A stretch of DNA of 64,000 bases from contig NW_021832035.1 of NCBI RefSeq assembly GCF_006345805.1, positions 136,001-200,000 of the forward strand, written 5' to 3'. The DNA comes from Octopus sinensis (taxonomy: Eukaryota). Below the pieces are notes generated by a model that had not been told where the DNA came from, ran no database searches, and was given only the letters and a program-made list of their open reading frames with translations. A program made the position numbers and the translations under genes. Position 1 is the stretch's first letter. Each line of letters begins with the position of its first letter. Positions 37,040-50,380 of the stretch are shown here, one piece after another.

Positions 37040-37800
37040 TTGCATATTTTCTTTCTCTCTCCCTCTTTGCGTCTTTCTTTGTCTGTCTGTCTCTGTCTAC
37101 CTGTCTTTATCTTTCTCTCTCTCTCTTTCTCTCTGTCTCTCTTTCAGTCCTTCTTTCATTCTACCTTCCTTCCTGTCTTTCTTTTAATCCCCTTCTCTTT
37201 CTTCCTCTTTTTGCTTTCTATCTTTCTTCCTTTCCCTTTTTACTTTCTTACTCTGTTTTCCCCTTCCTTCCTTCTCCTCCTCCCTCCCTTCCTTCTCCTC
37301 CCTTCCATCTTCCCTTCCTTCTTCCCTCCCTCCCTTCCTTCCTTCTTTCCTTCCTTCTCCTCCCTTCCTTCTTCCCTCCCTTCCTTCTTCCTTCCCTTCC
37401 TTTCTTCTTTCCTTCCTTCCTTCCTTCCTTCTCCTCCCTTCCTTCTTCCCTCCCTTCTTTTCTTCTTTCCTTCCTTCCTTCCTTCCTCCATCCCTCCCTT
37501 CCTTCTCCTTCCTTCCTTCTTCCCTCCCTTCCTTTCTTCTTTCCTTCCTTCCTTCCTTCCTCCATCCCGCCCTCCCTCCCTCCCTCCCTCCCCCATCCCG
37601 CCCTCCCTCCCTCCCTCCCTCCCTCCCCCATCCCGCCCTCCCTCCCTCCCTTCCTGCCTTCCTGCCTTCCTCCCTCCCTGCCTTCCTTCCTTCCTCCCTC
37701 CCTCCCTTCCTTCCTGCCTTCCTTCCTTCCTGCCTTCCTTCCTTCCTCCCTGCCTTCCTTCCTCCCTGCCTTCCTTCCTCCCTGCCTTCCTTCCTCCCTG

Positions 37801-37832
<32 letters not shown>

Positions 37833-37860
37833 CCTTCCAAACCTCCCTCCCTCCCTATCC
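37040..37860. repeat. Long polypyrimidine/polypurine tract (CCTT, CCCT, CCTG repeats)
   Basis: Almost exclusively C/T on the plus strand from about 37230; source of the 331-aa, 284-aa and 239-aa low-complexity ORFs. Confidence 0.95.
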
Positions 37861-38361
37861 TTTCGCTCATATTCATTTGTATTCTTTCACCTAAGCACTC
37901 CATCTATCTTCTTATGCTTTGCTCTCCAACATGCAACATTTACACTTAAATATATTTCTATGTCTCATATTCACATTGAATACATACATCACATTTATTC
38001 CTCTATAACCTCTGTCATTTAATTTATATCCATATATGATGATGATGACGAAACAATATAGAAAATATAACAAATCTTTATCCTATAATGACACTTTTAA
38101 TGTGTGTATGTGTGTATATATGTATGGATATATATATATGGAGTTGAAAATATTTAATATTTTATTTTTAAAATTGTTTTACTTATTGTAATTTTTGCTT
38201 CTAATCATATTTATCTAGATTCTAAGATCTCCGTATTCAAACACTCTGCTTAATTTCTGGCATCAATTTTCTTCCCCAGTTGGAAGTTCTGACAGTTTTG
38301 AACCTATTTTTATAAAATATATTACACATAATTTAAGGTTAATTTGTTTAAAAAGCTCTCC

Positions 38362-38820
<459 letters not shown>

Positions 38821-39656
38821 AATGTAATCTGACAGATTTGAACAAATTTTTATGTTAAATATTTAAGATAAATCTATTTGAAAAGTTCTTTTGCAAAGCT
38901 TAAAGTCTATATATAAATATATATAAAGTGAAAATGAAAATACATTTGTTTTACATAATTCGTATTCTTATATGATATGAATTATTATTTATATTATTCC
39001 AACAGAATTATTATGATTGTCATGAATGACAGAACCAAATGTTTATAAGACATTATGATAACTAATAAGTTATGTGTTAAGACAACACCTTTAATTAATT
39101 AGGAGTATGTGCCTAACAAGATGTGGGTGTTGGGTGGATAACGTCATTGAATACTACTTAATCCACTCAAACAATGATAAGGGAGACCATTCAAAATAAG
39201 CTTTTCCATTCTTGAATGGGTTTGCTGTACCAGAAACCCAATTAAGTAACCTTGGATGAGAGAAAGAATAGTCTGGTGTTTGGTAGATGCAGCAATATCA
39301 GTCGTGTTTCAGTGTTATTAGTCCTCATCAGGAAAGCAAAGTAACATAGTAGTTTATTTCAGTTTTTACTTCACATGTTGTTTGGCCTAATCACTTTCTG
39401 TCGCATTTATTACACAGTGTCTTCTTTATCATTTTTACTTTATAAAATTCTTTGTTTTGGGCTTATCTCAAATAGACAAAAGTATTAAACTTTAGTTAAG
39501 GTTGAACATGTCCTTGGATAAAATTCTTTTCTTTTTTATCAAAGTAGGTTTACATTTACTGCTCTACAGCTTTATACTTCAACTTGTCAACGAAGAGGTT
39601 AGCACCAAAGGTTCTTTCCTTAGTACCCAATCTACTACATTAATTCTTCAACTCTA

Positions 39657-40172
39657 ACCCTTTAGCATTCAGATTGCTTAGGCAGATACTCTTGCTGGTA
39701 GCACATAAAAAGCACCATCCAAACATGGCTGATGCCAGCGCCACCTTGACTGGCGTCCATGCCAGTGACATGTAAAAAGCACCAGCTGATCGTGGCCGTT
39801 TGCCAACCTACTCTGGCCCCTGTGCCAGTGGCATGTAAAAAGCACCCACTATACTCACGGAGTGGTTGGTGTTAGGAAGGGCATCCAGCTGTAGAAACAC
39901 TGCCAGATCAGACGGGAGTCTGGTGCAGCCTCCTGGCTTCCCAGACCCCTGTCAAACCGTCCAACCCATGCTAGTACGGAAGACAGGCGTTAAACGACAA
40001 TGACGATGATGATGATGATGATTGTTTTGAATTGAATATGCATCATCTTATAACTTTGAGATTTTGATGATGCGATATTGTAAGGTAGATGTGATAGGAC
40101 AGATCTGACCAATGTTAACATAAAGCAGGTAGAATATTTGAGCCCGGTATGGCCAGCTGAAATGCTAAAGAA
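39657..40172. mobile_element. TTAA MITE family 2 (reverse orientation) with a nested family E element at about 39697-40022
   Basis: taaccctttagcattcagatt...[E element with GAT tail]...gcaggtagaatatttgagcccggtatggccagctgaaatgctaaagaactaa. Confidence 0.75.
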
Positions 40173-40719
40173 CTAATCTGCAGTAATAATCATATCTTCT
40201 ATGGAATTCATTTCTCTGTACTCTCTATGATCTCCCCAACTTGTTTTGTGGACCTTTTTGTTCAGTGTTGTTCAAGCAGTTAAAAATTCAGATAAATCTG
40301 ATATGCTTAATTTCCTGAATATCTAGAGATCCCATTATGTGTTTTTATCGATCATTTAACAAGAAATGGGCCATTATCATATGCAATTTGTTTTGGGCAC
40401 CTGATTTTGAAATTGTATATGATTTACTTTAAAAAGGAAAGCAAGAGAGTGGAAAACAAAGCCTTGAACATCCACCACCACCACCACCATATTAATGTCC
40501 ACTTTCCTATGCTTGCCTGAGTCAGATGGGATTTGTTGGGGCAGGTTTCCTTTGGCCAAATGTCTTTTTTGTAACCACTTCTCACCTGTTTACTTGTTTC
40601 CAAATAAGGTTATATTTCCCCAGGGTTGGATACTCATTTACAAATACCATATGAAATCAAGGCAAGGAGACAGTAATGTAGACACACATTCACATGCATG
40701 TATATAGACACACACACAC

Positions 40720-41375
40720 ACTCACAGGTAATGAGTGTGTGGTGAGAAGTTTGTTTTCCAGCCACATGGTTCTGGATTCAGAGCCACTGCATGGCACTTT
40801 GGGCAAATCTCTTCTGTTACAGTTCTGTGAGTGGATTTGTTAGATGGAAACTGAAAGAAGCCTGTTTTGTGTGTATGAGTGTGTGTGCGTGTGTGTGTGT
40901 TCTTGTCTTGACATTGTGTGACAGTTGTAAATGAATGTCACTGTCATACAAGCAGTGTCGTTCATTTTCAATATTCTGCAAGAATGTGTTTGGCTTGGCA
41001 AAATATGATTATGCTTGGAAAGAAGTGAAGATTGGTGACAGGAAGGGCATCTGGTGATAGAAGATCTGCCTCAATAATAAACTCTGTCCAATCCATGCAA
41101 GCATGGACATGTGAATGTCAAAATGATCACACACACACGCACACAAAAGCAATCAGAATTAAGGTGGTGCTCTAGCATGGCCGGTCATGACTGAAACAAG
41201 TAAAAGAATAAAAGAATGTAATGGGCTTCTTTCAGATTCTATCAACTGAATCCCTGAAGGCATTGGTCAGCTCAAGGCTGTAGTAGAAGACATTTGCTTT
41301 AAGCGCCACACAGTGGGACTGAACCTGACGCCATGTGGTTGGAAGCAAACTTCTTTACCACATAGCCACTTCTGT
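40720..41375. mobile_element. Diverged family-A SINE (+) followed by a family-A head (-)
   Basis: gatggaaactgaaagaagcctg...gactgaaacaagtaaaagaataaaagaa, then cagtgggactgaacctgacgccatgtggttgg. Confidence 0.65.
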
Positions 41376-41820
41376 GCTCACCTGTTTACTAAATACTTTA
41401 CTACAATCACTCTGGCTTCTATCTTATTTAGTTTATGAGCCAGTGCAAGCAATTTGTAATGTTGCTGAGATTGGCTTTATAAATCTCTTGAACACCATTA
41501 TCCATTTATATATGTAGTTTTGTCATCATTTATTAGAATGAGAAACTTATTGAAATCTTCTCCAACAAATACAAGACAGAATTGCTGTTTTTCACTCGCT
41601 TTGGTAGAAATAAAACACCTGTTAGTTCATAACCTTCTATAAATCTAGATTTCCTTGAACCAAAATCAGCTCTCTCACTTCTGGTAATTTTGAACAGCAG
41701 TTTGTAATTTGGTCTACTGCTGCTAGAAAGTTGATTTCATCAATGCATCTATTATATTATAAGAGATGCATAATCATACTTCCCCAAGCTAAGCACGTTC
41801 TTGCAAAATATTGAAAATAT

Positions 41821-42067
41821 GGAGGCACATGGCCTAGTGGTTAGAGCAGCGGACTTGCGCTCGAGGGATCACAGGTTTGAATCTCAGACCAGGCGATGTG
41901 TGTGTTTATCAGTGAAACACCTAAGCTCCACACTGCTCCGGCAGAAGGTAATGGCGAACTTCTGCTGACTCTTTCGCCACAACTTTCTCTCACTCTTTCC
42001 TCCTGCATCTTGCAGCTCACCTGCGGCGGACTGGCATCCCATCCAAGTGGGGAACCTATACGCCAAG
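41821..42067 (+). mobile_element. SINE family C
   Basis: ggaggcacatggcctagtggttagagcagcggac...ggtttgaatctc tRNA-type head. Confidence 0.85.
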
Positions 42068-42865
42068 GAAGCTGGTCGGTGCACTGACCTAGAGCACTTT
42101 ATTATATTAGGTTGGATTGGATTGGATTACCTATGTTCAGTCCAATGCAAGACAAAGGCCTCAGCATGTTCTCTCTACCAACCACAGTCTGATGTGGAGG
42201 CTGTGAATTTGAGCTTGAGATCATACTGGTTTGATGAACCCACTCTACCAAACTGACTTGCCATGCCTTGACAGAGGGATGTAATTTTTTTATACTCTTA
42301 GCCAAGGGTAGTAAAGTCAATTACATCAACCCCAGTTCTTAACTGGTACTTTTTGTATTGTCCCCCAAAAGGCTGAAAGGCAAAGTCAACCTCATCAGAA
42401 TTTGAGCTCAGAACATTAGGATGTATGATATACTGCTAAGCATTTTACTCAGTGTGCAAAGGATTCTGCCAGCTCACTGCCTATATATTAAATTATAAAA
42501 TTATAATACATATAGTCATCTTACACTGTAGACCTCCTACAAGAAAGTCTACTTGATTGCTCTATCAACATAATTCCAGATGCAGGTTTCATGTACATAG
42601 TTCTCTGTTTCTGTTGAGGAGATTGTGGAGTAAAACATAGTGAAAAGGAGTGAGGAGGAGGGAAATATCAACCTATTTAGAAGACAATTCCATGACCTTG
42701 CAGATCCATGTAAGATAATTAGAACTTTAAAATATTTTTTAACAATGCTAACCAAAACAATGGTCATGCCATTTCAACATCTATTTTTCATTTCTTTAAA
42801 ACATCATCTGTTATATTCCCAAAGAGATTATACAGCTTATACAAAATTATTTGGCTTTTTATATC

Positions 42866-43067
42866 TATATATACATATATACATATATATATATATATAC
42901 ATATATGTATGTATATGTATGTATGTATATGTATGTATATGTATGTATGTATATGTATATGTATGTATATGTATGTATATGTATATGTATGTATATGTAT
43001 GTATATGTATGTATATGTATGTATATGTATATGTATGTATATGTATATATATATATGTATGTATATG

Positions 43068-43099
<32 letters not shown>

Positions 43100-43178
43100 T
43101 ATGTATATGTATGTATATATGTATATGTATGTATATATATGTATATGTATGTATATATATGTATATGTATATGTATGT

Positions 43179-43228
<50 letters not shown>

Positions 43229-43347
43229 ATATATATATTATTGGAAAGCGGACGTTAAACGATGATGATGATGTATGTATATGTATGTATATGTATATAT
43301 ATATATGTATGTATATCTATGTATATGTATGTATATGTATATATATA

Positions 43348-43400
<53 letters not shown>
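42866..43400. repeat. Long (AT)/(ATGT) microsatellite containing a family-E tail stub (43241-43273)
   Basis: ttggaaagcggacgttaaacgatgatgatgatg embedded in the tract. Confidence 0.9.
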
Positions 43401-43404
<4 letters not shown>

Positions 43405-43991
43405 TTCCTTTGTTTTCTGTTTACGTTTAAAAACAATAGCAATAACAATAAGTATTCTAATTTATTCATATTTTAATGAAAAGTCAGTCGTCAAGAGATT
43501 AAGCAGGAAGTTAAGTTTTCAGATTTTTTAGCAGATTCCAGAAAGAATTATAATGATTTCCAATGGAATTTTCATCTTTTGATCCATCTGGTTTTGTGAA
43601 GGATCATTAGAGATTGTGATTAAAATAACAATATACTTCAATCAACAATTTCATTTTCTAATCTACAGCAGAGTTAAGTCCTATTTAAGCTTGTGTGAAA
43701 TTAAAAATTCCTAATTCTTCTTCAGCAAAATGCAGCTCATCTACAGGTTCTCATTTCAACCTTGATTTCTCGTTTATGGACAAAAGCTTCAGTACCAACA
43801 TGTTAGTTCATTATAATCCCAAATTATTGAGATAATGTCATTTTTAAATTGCTAGTGTTATAATTTTTTTTTTTGTTATTATACAGCGTGCGTGCTTAAC
43901 CATGTGTTTACTTTGTTTAAACTGAATCTTACTGCTATACTCTTACTAACACTGAAACCACTGGTGCCATCCTGTACACACTGTTTGATAG

Positions 43992-44171
43992 GTGCAGGAG
44001 TGGCTGTGTGGTAAGTAGCTTGCTTACCAACCACATGGTTCCGCGTTCATTCCCACTGTGTAGCACCTTAGGCAAATATCTTCTACTATAGCCTCGGGCC
44101 GACCAAAGCCTTGTTAGTGGATTTGGTAGACAGAAACTGAAATAAGCCTGTTGTATATATGTGTATGTATG

Positions 44172-44212
<41 letters not shown>

Positions 44213-44422
44213 ATATGTTTCTGTGTCTGGTTTGTCCCTCCCAACATCGCTTCACAACCGATGGTGGTGTGTTTATGTCCCCATAACTTAGCGGTTCGGC
44301 AAAAGAGATCAATAGAATAAGTACTAGGCTTCCAAAGAATGAGTCCTGTGGTCGATTTGTTCAACTAAAAGGCGGTGCTCCAGCATGGCCACAGTCAAAT
44401 GACTGAAACGAGTAAAAGAGTA
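43992..44422 (+). mobile_element. SINE family A, full length
   Basis: Same layout as 25719. Confidence 0.9.
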
Positions 44423-44709
44423 CTACAAAACATATCGATAGTTTTATTTATTCATTCGTTCTCATTTTTTTGCTTTCACTCTGTTATGATGAATGTAAAG
44501 TATGTGTCTGTATATATATATACAATATTTTCATGGACAGGAAAACAGAAAACATCTAAATACCATGTTTCAATGAAAATTATTTTCTATGCAATGTCTG
44601 AGTCTCTATTTGCTGTCTGGCAATGTTTATTCAGACGCATTTTGTGATGTCGGGCGCGACATCACCATCATCTTTATCACTTTGATTTTCTCAGTCACTA
44701 ACTTAACAT

Positions 44710-45002
44710 CACCAATGTTTTGGTGGTTGCCAGTGCCACTGGACTGGCTCCTGTGCAGGTGGCACGTAAAGAGCACCATTTGAGCGTGGCCATTGCCATT
44801 ACCGCCTGACTGGCCCTCGTGCTGGTGGCACGTAAAAGCACCCACTACACTCTTTGAGTGGTTGGCGTTACGAAGGGCATCCAGCTGTAGAAACTCTGCC
44901 AGATCAGATTGGAGTCTGGTGCAGCCATCTGGTTCACCAGTCTTCAGTTAAATCATCCAACCCATGCTAGCATGGAAAGCGGACATTAAACGATGAATGA
45001 TG
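44710..45002 (+). mobile_element. Family E element
   Basis: Family core and gcggacattaaacgatgaatgatg tail. Confidence 0.85.
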
Positions 45003-45204
45003 AAACCCCGACAACTTCTCTGTACAATCAAGTCCTTTGTTCTTTGTATCTTCAATTAATAACTTTTCATTTCCATGCTATCTATTTGGTAATAAATAAT
45101 GTGGAGAATTTGATTTTAATTAAAAAGAAGAAAAAGCTCAATCATTCCGAAAATGTGATGCAACAGTTCAATAACTTCGCATTTGTTTTTCCAAAATTTA
45201 ACAT

Positions 45205-45575
45205 ATAGTCACAGACGTAGCTGTGTGCTAAGAATTTAGATTCTCAACCTCATGGTCCTGGGTTCAGTCCCATAGTGTGGCACCTTGGACAAGTGTCTTC
45301 TGTTATAGTCTTAGGGTGATCAAAGTTTTGTGAGTGGCTTAGGAGACAGAAACTGAAAGAAGCCCATCAGGTATATGCGTCTGTGCATTTGTGTCTTGTG
45401 TTTGACAACCAGTGTTGGTGCTTTTATTTCCCCATAACTTAGCAGTTCAGCAGAACAGACCAATAGAATAAGTACCAGGCTTAAAAAAATAAAGGATTGA
45501 GGTTAATTCATTTGACTAAAATTCCTCAAGGTGATGCCCCAGCATGGCCATTATCTAATGACTGAAACAACTAGA
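45205..45575 (+). mobile_element. Diverged SINE family A
   Basis: ggttcagtcccatagtgtggcaccttggacaagtgtcttc...gactgaaacaac. Confidence 0.8.
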
Positions 45576-45714
45576 TGGTGGAGTAAACATGTGCAAAACG
45601 AAAAATTATTGCTTTGTGTCACATCTCATGTTTCTTCATTTCTGTCTTGAGTATTATGGGTGTAAAGTTTTGTCATTTCCAATATGATCCTGTTTAGTGT
45701 CAGAGTTAATATTG

Positions 45715-46045
45715 AGGAGACCTATTGCGTCAAGTACGTCAACGCCAACATCAAAATAAAAATCAAATGGAAATTGTAGTTATGATACCTGTGCCGGTGG
45801 CACATAAAAAGCACCCCCCAAATGTGGCTGATGCCAGCGTTGCCTGACTGGTGTTCGTGTCGGTGACATGTAAAAAGCACCCGCTACACTCATGGAGTGG
45901 TTGGCGTTAGGAAGGCATCCAGCCATAGAAACGCTGCCAGATCAGACTGGAGCCTGGTACAGCCTCCTGGCTTCCCAGACCCCAGTCGAACTGTCCAACC
46001 CATGCTAGCATGGAAAACGGGCGTTAAACGATGATGATGATGATA
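45715..46045 (+). mobile_element. Family E element
   Basis: caaatggaaattgtagttatgatacctgtgccggtggca...gcgttaaacgatgatgatgatgat. Confidence 0.85.
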
Positions 46046-46446
46046 TAGAATATTTGCTTCAGGGTTCAGTGTATGTTGTCTATCAGCTTTCATTTCAGAT
46101 TGATGTGTAAGGTGTGAAGCTGGCAGAATCATTAGCATGCCAGACAAAATACTCAAGTGGCATTTCATGTCTTTATGTTCTGAGTTCAAATTCTGCTGAG
46201 GTCCACTTTGCTTTTCTTCTTTTTGGGACCAATAAGATAAGTAACAGTTGAGCATGGGGATTGATGTTATCAACTTACTCCATCCCCCAAAATTGCAGGC
46301 CTTGTGCCATAATTCGACACCAATATTAGGCTACTGTGTCTTTTATTTTGTTGTTAGTCTTTTCGGCAAGAAGAATTGTTCTATTGTAGACAATGAGTTT
46401 AGTGTATTAGAGGGATTATAGAAAAAAGTTTATCATATGGTTTATC

Positions 46447-46764
46447 TTGGAGGTACAATGGCCCAGTGGTTAGGGCAGCGGACTCGTGGTCAGAGGATCA
46501 GTTTTGATTCCCAGACCGGGCGTTGTGTGTGTTTATTGAGCGAAAACACCTAAAGCTCCACGAGGCTCCGGCAGGGGTTGGTGGCGATCCCTGTTGTACT
46601 CTTTCGCCACAACTTTCTCTCACTCTCTCTTCCTGTTTCTTGAGTAACGCTGCGATGGATTGGCGTCCCGTCCAGCTGTGGGGAACACATACACCATAGA
46701 AACCGGGAAACTGGGCCCATGAGCCTGACTAGGCTTGAAAAGGGTGCATAAATAAAAAATAAAA
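46447..46764 (+). mobile_element. SINE with family C head and body and a tail shared with family D
   Basis: TSD atatggtttatc / atatggattatc. The tail gtaacgctgcgatgga...gggcccatgagcct is also at 53175-53280. Confidence 0.85.
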
Positions 46765-47296
46765 ATATGGATTATCACTGTAATATGTAATTCTGTAAAT
46801 TTGTTTGCATCAACAAGTTACTACATCCTAATCTCAGTTTCCTGAACCACTCAACTTCAGCATAGGAAAGTGGAACATTTAATGTTTCCTTTTTATATAA
46901 AGATAATTATGAAATCAATCAATAAATATGATACATCAAGATTAAAACCCAATAGCAGAGAATGTCCATAAAGATGACAATCACGAATGACTTGTTAAAA
47001 AAATATAGTCATTGGTGGGAACACTAGATGAATTTTACAAGATCAAGAGGAAAATACAGTAAAACAAGATAAGGATGCCAATATTTTTTAAAAATCTGAT
47101 CTGGTCTATGAGGACTAAAACTGTTCTATGTAGCTTCTACAACAACAAATGTTTTACAAGCCAATGGTGGGACCTCTAAGTGGTTGTTTCAGCCTATTAG
47201 AAATAGCAGTCAAATCTCCTCCACCACATACACACACTGAATTGAATTTTAAAAAGTGGACCATGTGTATAAAATATTTGAAAAATAGATGACACA

Positions 47297-47515
47297 CAAG
47301 GTATATTCCATAAATTTTGCCACTCTTTCAGGTGAGACATTTATTAATTTCAAAGTAGGGTCCCCTGATTGCAATGCACTTGTAGTGCCCTGGTCCACTT
47401 CGTGAAGATCCCATGAAACTCCCCCAAATGTGAAGGTTCTAGGATCCTTGTCACAGCCTCCTTAATCTTCTCCGTGTCTTCAAAACAAATTCCCTTCATT
47501 TGAAACACTTCGATG
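47297..47515 (-). pseudogene. mariner transposase C-terminal remnant
   Basis: MKGICFEDTEKIKEAVTRIL...FHGIFTKW...(frameshift) HYKCIAIRGPYFE, followed by TIR-like sequence. Confidence 0.75.
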
Positions 47516-47519
47516 CATT

Positions 47520-47640
47520 TATTTACATTATTTACATTCGATGGATATTTGTCCTCATCTTGTTTGTTGTTAACACAATGTTTCGGCTGATATACCCTCC
47601 AGCCTTCATCAGGTGTCTTGGGGAAATTTCGAACCTGGGT
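47520..47640 (-). mobile_element. Penelope-like terminal fragment with a minimal type-I hammerhead-like motif
   Basis: Minus strand gacac-CTGATGA-a-GGCTG-gagggtatat-CAGCC-GAAA-catt-gtgtt (47572-47617). Confidence 0.7.
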
Positions 47641-47896
47641 GTCAACAATCTCATTTCAATTATAAATTGAAATATTATAGTTTGAACTTTATATTTTGTT
47701 TCAGATCAAAAGTTTACAAAATCTCTTGATCATCATTTCACTCAATACTTTGATCTATCCATGCCATCATCATATGTATAGACATTCCTCACTTGCACAA
47801 TGTGACTAAATGAGACTATATAAAGCTGCAATAACTATTATATTCAAAACTAATTACCTATTCTTAATGTTTTTTATATATTTGCAGATTTTACTT

Positions 47897-48310
47897 TTAA
47901 CTTTTTAAAGTTATATCTGACACAGTTGTCTCTACACCTGTACTTATGTTTGGGACTACATCAGTACTTATCGTAGGCACTACACCTGTTTCTATAGTTG
48001 GCCTTTCACTTGTTTCTATAGTTGGCCTTACACCTGTTTCTATAGTTGGCCTTATACCTGTTTCTATGGTTGGACCTATACCTGTGGCTCTTGTTGGCCC
48101 CATGCTTATATGATTGGTAATCACTAAATCTTTTGTTGTGGGTGTCACTACATCTGTTGTTATTACTCCTCTTATAGTTGTCGACACTCTAACAGTTACC
48201 ACTAAACTTATACTTGTGAGTACATTTAGACTTATAGTTATTTGTTGCTATGGTTCTTGTTATATTTAGACTTGTAGTTGCCTATTGTTGTGGTTGTTGC
48301 CACAACCATA
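47897..48310 (-). other. Thr/Pro/Val-rich mucin-like reading frame with a 24-bp (8-aa) repeat; possible exon or decayed exon
   Basis: PTIETGIR-PTIETGVR-PTIETSER-PTIETGVV-PTISTDVV-PNISTGVE. Upstream Thr-rich text (VATTTTI/ATTSLNITRTIAT) continues only across two apparent frameshifts. Confidence 0.35.
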
Positions 48311-48914
48311 TTTTAGCTGAACTATATTACTGCGTAAATATTTTTACAAATCAACACTTCTGTTGATCCAGTGTATAGAAGATTATACAATTTCTGTCGA
48401 TAATTCAATAGGTTTATTTCATAATACTGACAAATGAATTACAAATTATGCATGGAATTAATTGATGGTGGAAACATGTAATGCCAAATTAAATTATAAA
48501 GATTATGCAACCTATTGTAAACATGTCATCAAACCAATTAGGAAACATGATAAAAATGCAACAATCGAAATGCTCCCTTCAGTAAAATGGCTTGATGGCA
48601 TTCATAATATTTCGAATAAATAAAAACACCCAGAAAAGTTGTTTGCTAAAATGACATTATCAAAAATATGTAAGTTGTCAAAAAAATTTGAAATGTTGAA
48701 AATAGCCATTGCAAAGATTAGCATTACAAATAGAAATGATTCTACAACCCAAAAATTTTGCTGCTCATACTAATGAATGCAGCTGTTTAAAATCATTAAA
48801 ATTCCCTTCAGTTTCTTCAATATAGGGGCCAGATATATGTATATGTATGTATAAAGGCAGATGAACACAAGTAGGCTTAATGCACATATATGCATGAGAT
48901 ACAGTATGCTGTGC

Positions 48915-49383
48915 GTGAGAAGACCCGGCAGGACAAGTGAGACCATAACCCATGGCCTCAGTCCACTTTTGCATACCTTTCCTTCTGGGGACACAAAACT
49001 CTACTTGTGAAGACCTGTTGAGGCAAGTGAAATCAAAATCAAAATCGATCAACATCAATGGAAATTGTAGCTGTGATACCAGTGCCAGTGACACATAAGA
49101 GAACCATTTGAACGTGGCCGTTACCACCGCCGCCCCGACTGGCTTCCGTGCCGGTGGCACGTAAAAAGCACCATCCGATCATGGCCGTTTGCCAGCCTTG
49201 TCTGGCACATAAAAAGCACCCACTTCACTCATGGAGTGGTTGGCGTTAGGAAGGGCATCCAGCCATAGAAACATTGCCAGATCAGACTGGGCCTGGTGCA
49301 GCCTTCTGGGTTCCCCGACCCCAGTTGCATCGTCCAACCCATGCCAGCATGGAAAGCGGACGCTAAACGATGATGATGATGAT
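48915..49383 (+). mobile_element. Family E element, longest 5' extension in the window
   Basis: gaagacctgttgaggcaagtgaaatcaaaatc...ggaaattgtagctg..., family core, and gcggacgctaaacgatgatgatgat tail. Confidence 0.8.
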
Positions 49384-49887
49384 ACAGAATATAGAGTAAA
49401 GAACAAGAAAATTGCATGAAAGTGGTGTCAGACGTGGCATGCAGGCCATCATATAACTTGTTTTATTCCTCTCTTTCATTTCATTTTGACTTGCGCATTG
49501 CATTTTTATTTTTCTCTTTCATTTTACGAATTCAGTTTGCACATGCACATTGCATGTTCATACTTCTCTTTCTGGTTCATACTCAAAGCTATTTTCAGAT
49601 CACGACCATCTCACGAATCTGCAGTCGTGAGGAAGGAGTGCTTCATGCTCCAATGGTTGTGAAGTAAAGTAACCGAAAGGAGTGGGTGTGTAAGCTCATT
49701 CATGCATAAGAAAGATCCACGATGCAGTAGATATATATATATATATATATATATAAATTCCTACTTTCAACACCAGATGCATCTGCCCTGTATGAAGGAG
49801 TTGGATTTTAAGTTCTCATCTACCTGAGCACTACCCTGTGGATATTTATACTACACTTGCTTTGTGTGTGTTTGCTCACACACACTC

Positions 49888-49922
<35 letters not shown>

Positions 49923-50287
49923 TTTCCAAGAAAGGTAGAGGTTGTGAATACAACCAATTAAGGGATAATATCTATCCAATATACTGCTGGTCGAATACCC
50001 AATTATTAATAAACAAGTGTTTTTTATTGCATTGCAATTACATTACCGAGTGTACTAAATGGGTGAAGGTAAAGAGATATTTTACCATTAATTTATAGAG
50101 CAATAAGAAAATGGAGGAGATCAACAGGTGGTATTCATCAACTTTTAGACATTATGTTATGTTAACTTATTTATTTATTTACTAAAATGACAATTACAAG
50201 AATATTTAAGTAAATAAATAAGTGACAATAATATAATGTCTAAAAGTTGGATGAACCACCTATTGATCCCCTCCATTTTCTTATTGC

Positions 50288-50321
<34 letters not shown>

Positions 50322-50380
50322 CTATTATATATATATATATATATATTATCTATATATATATATATAATATATATATATAT

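Noticed and set aside
39300-39335. Minus-strand CTGATGAG...GAAACACG hammerhead-like string
   Set aside because: No stem II or stem I pairing.
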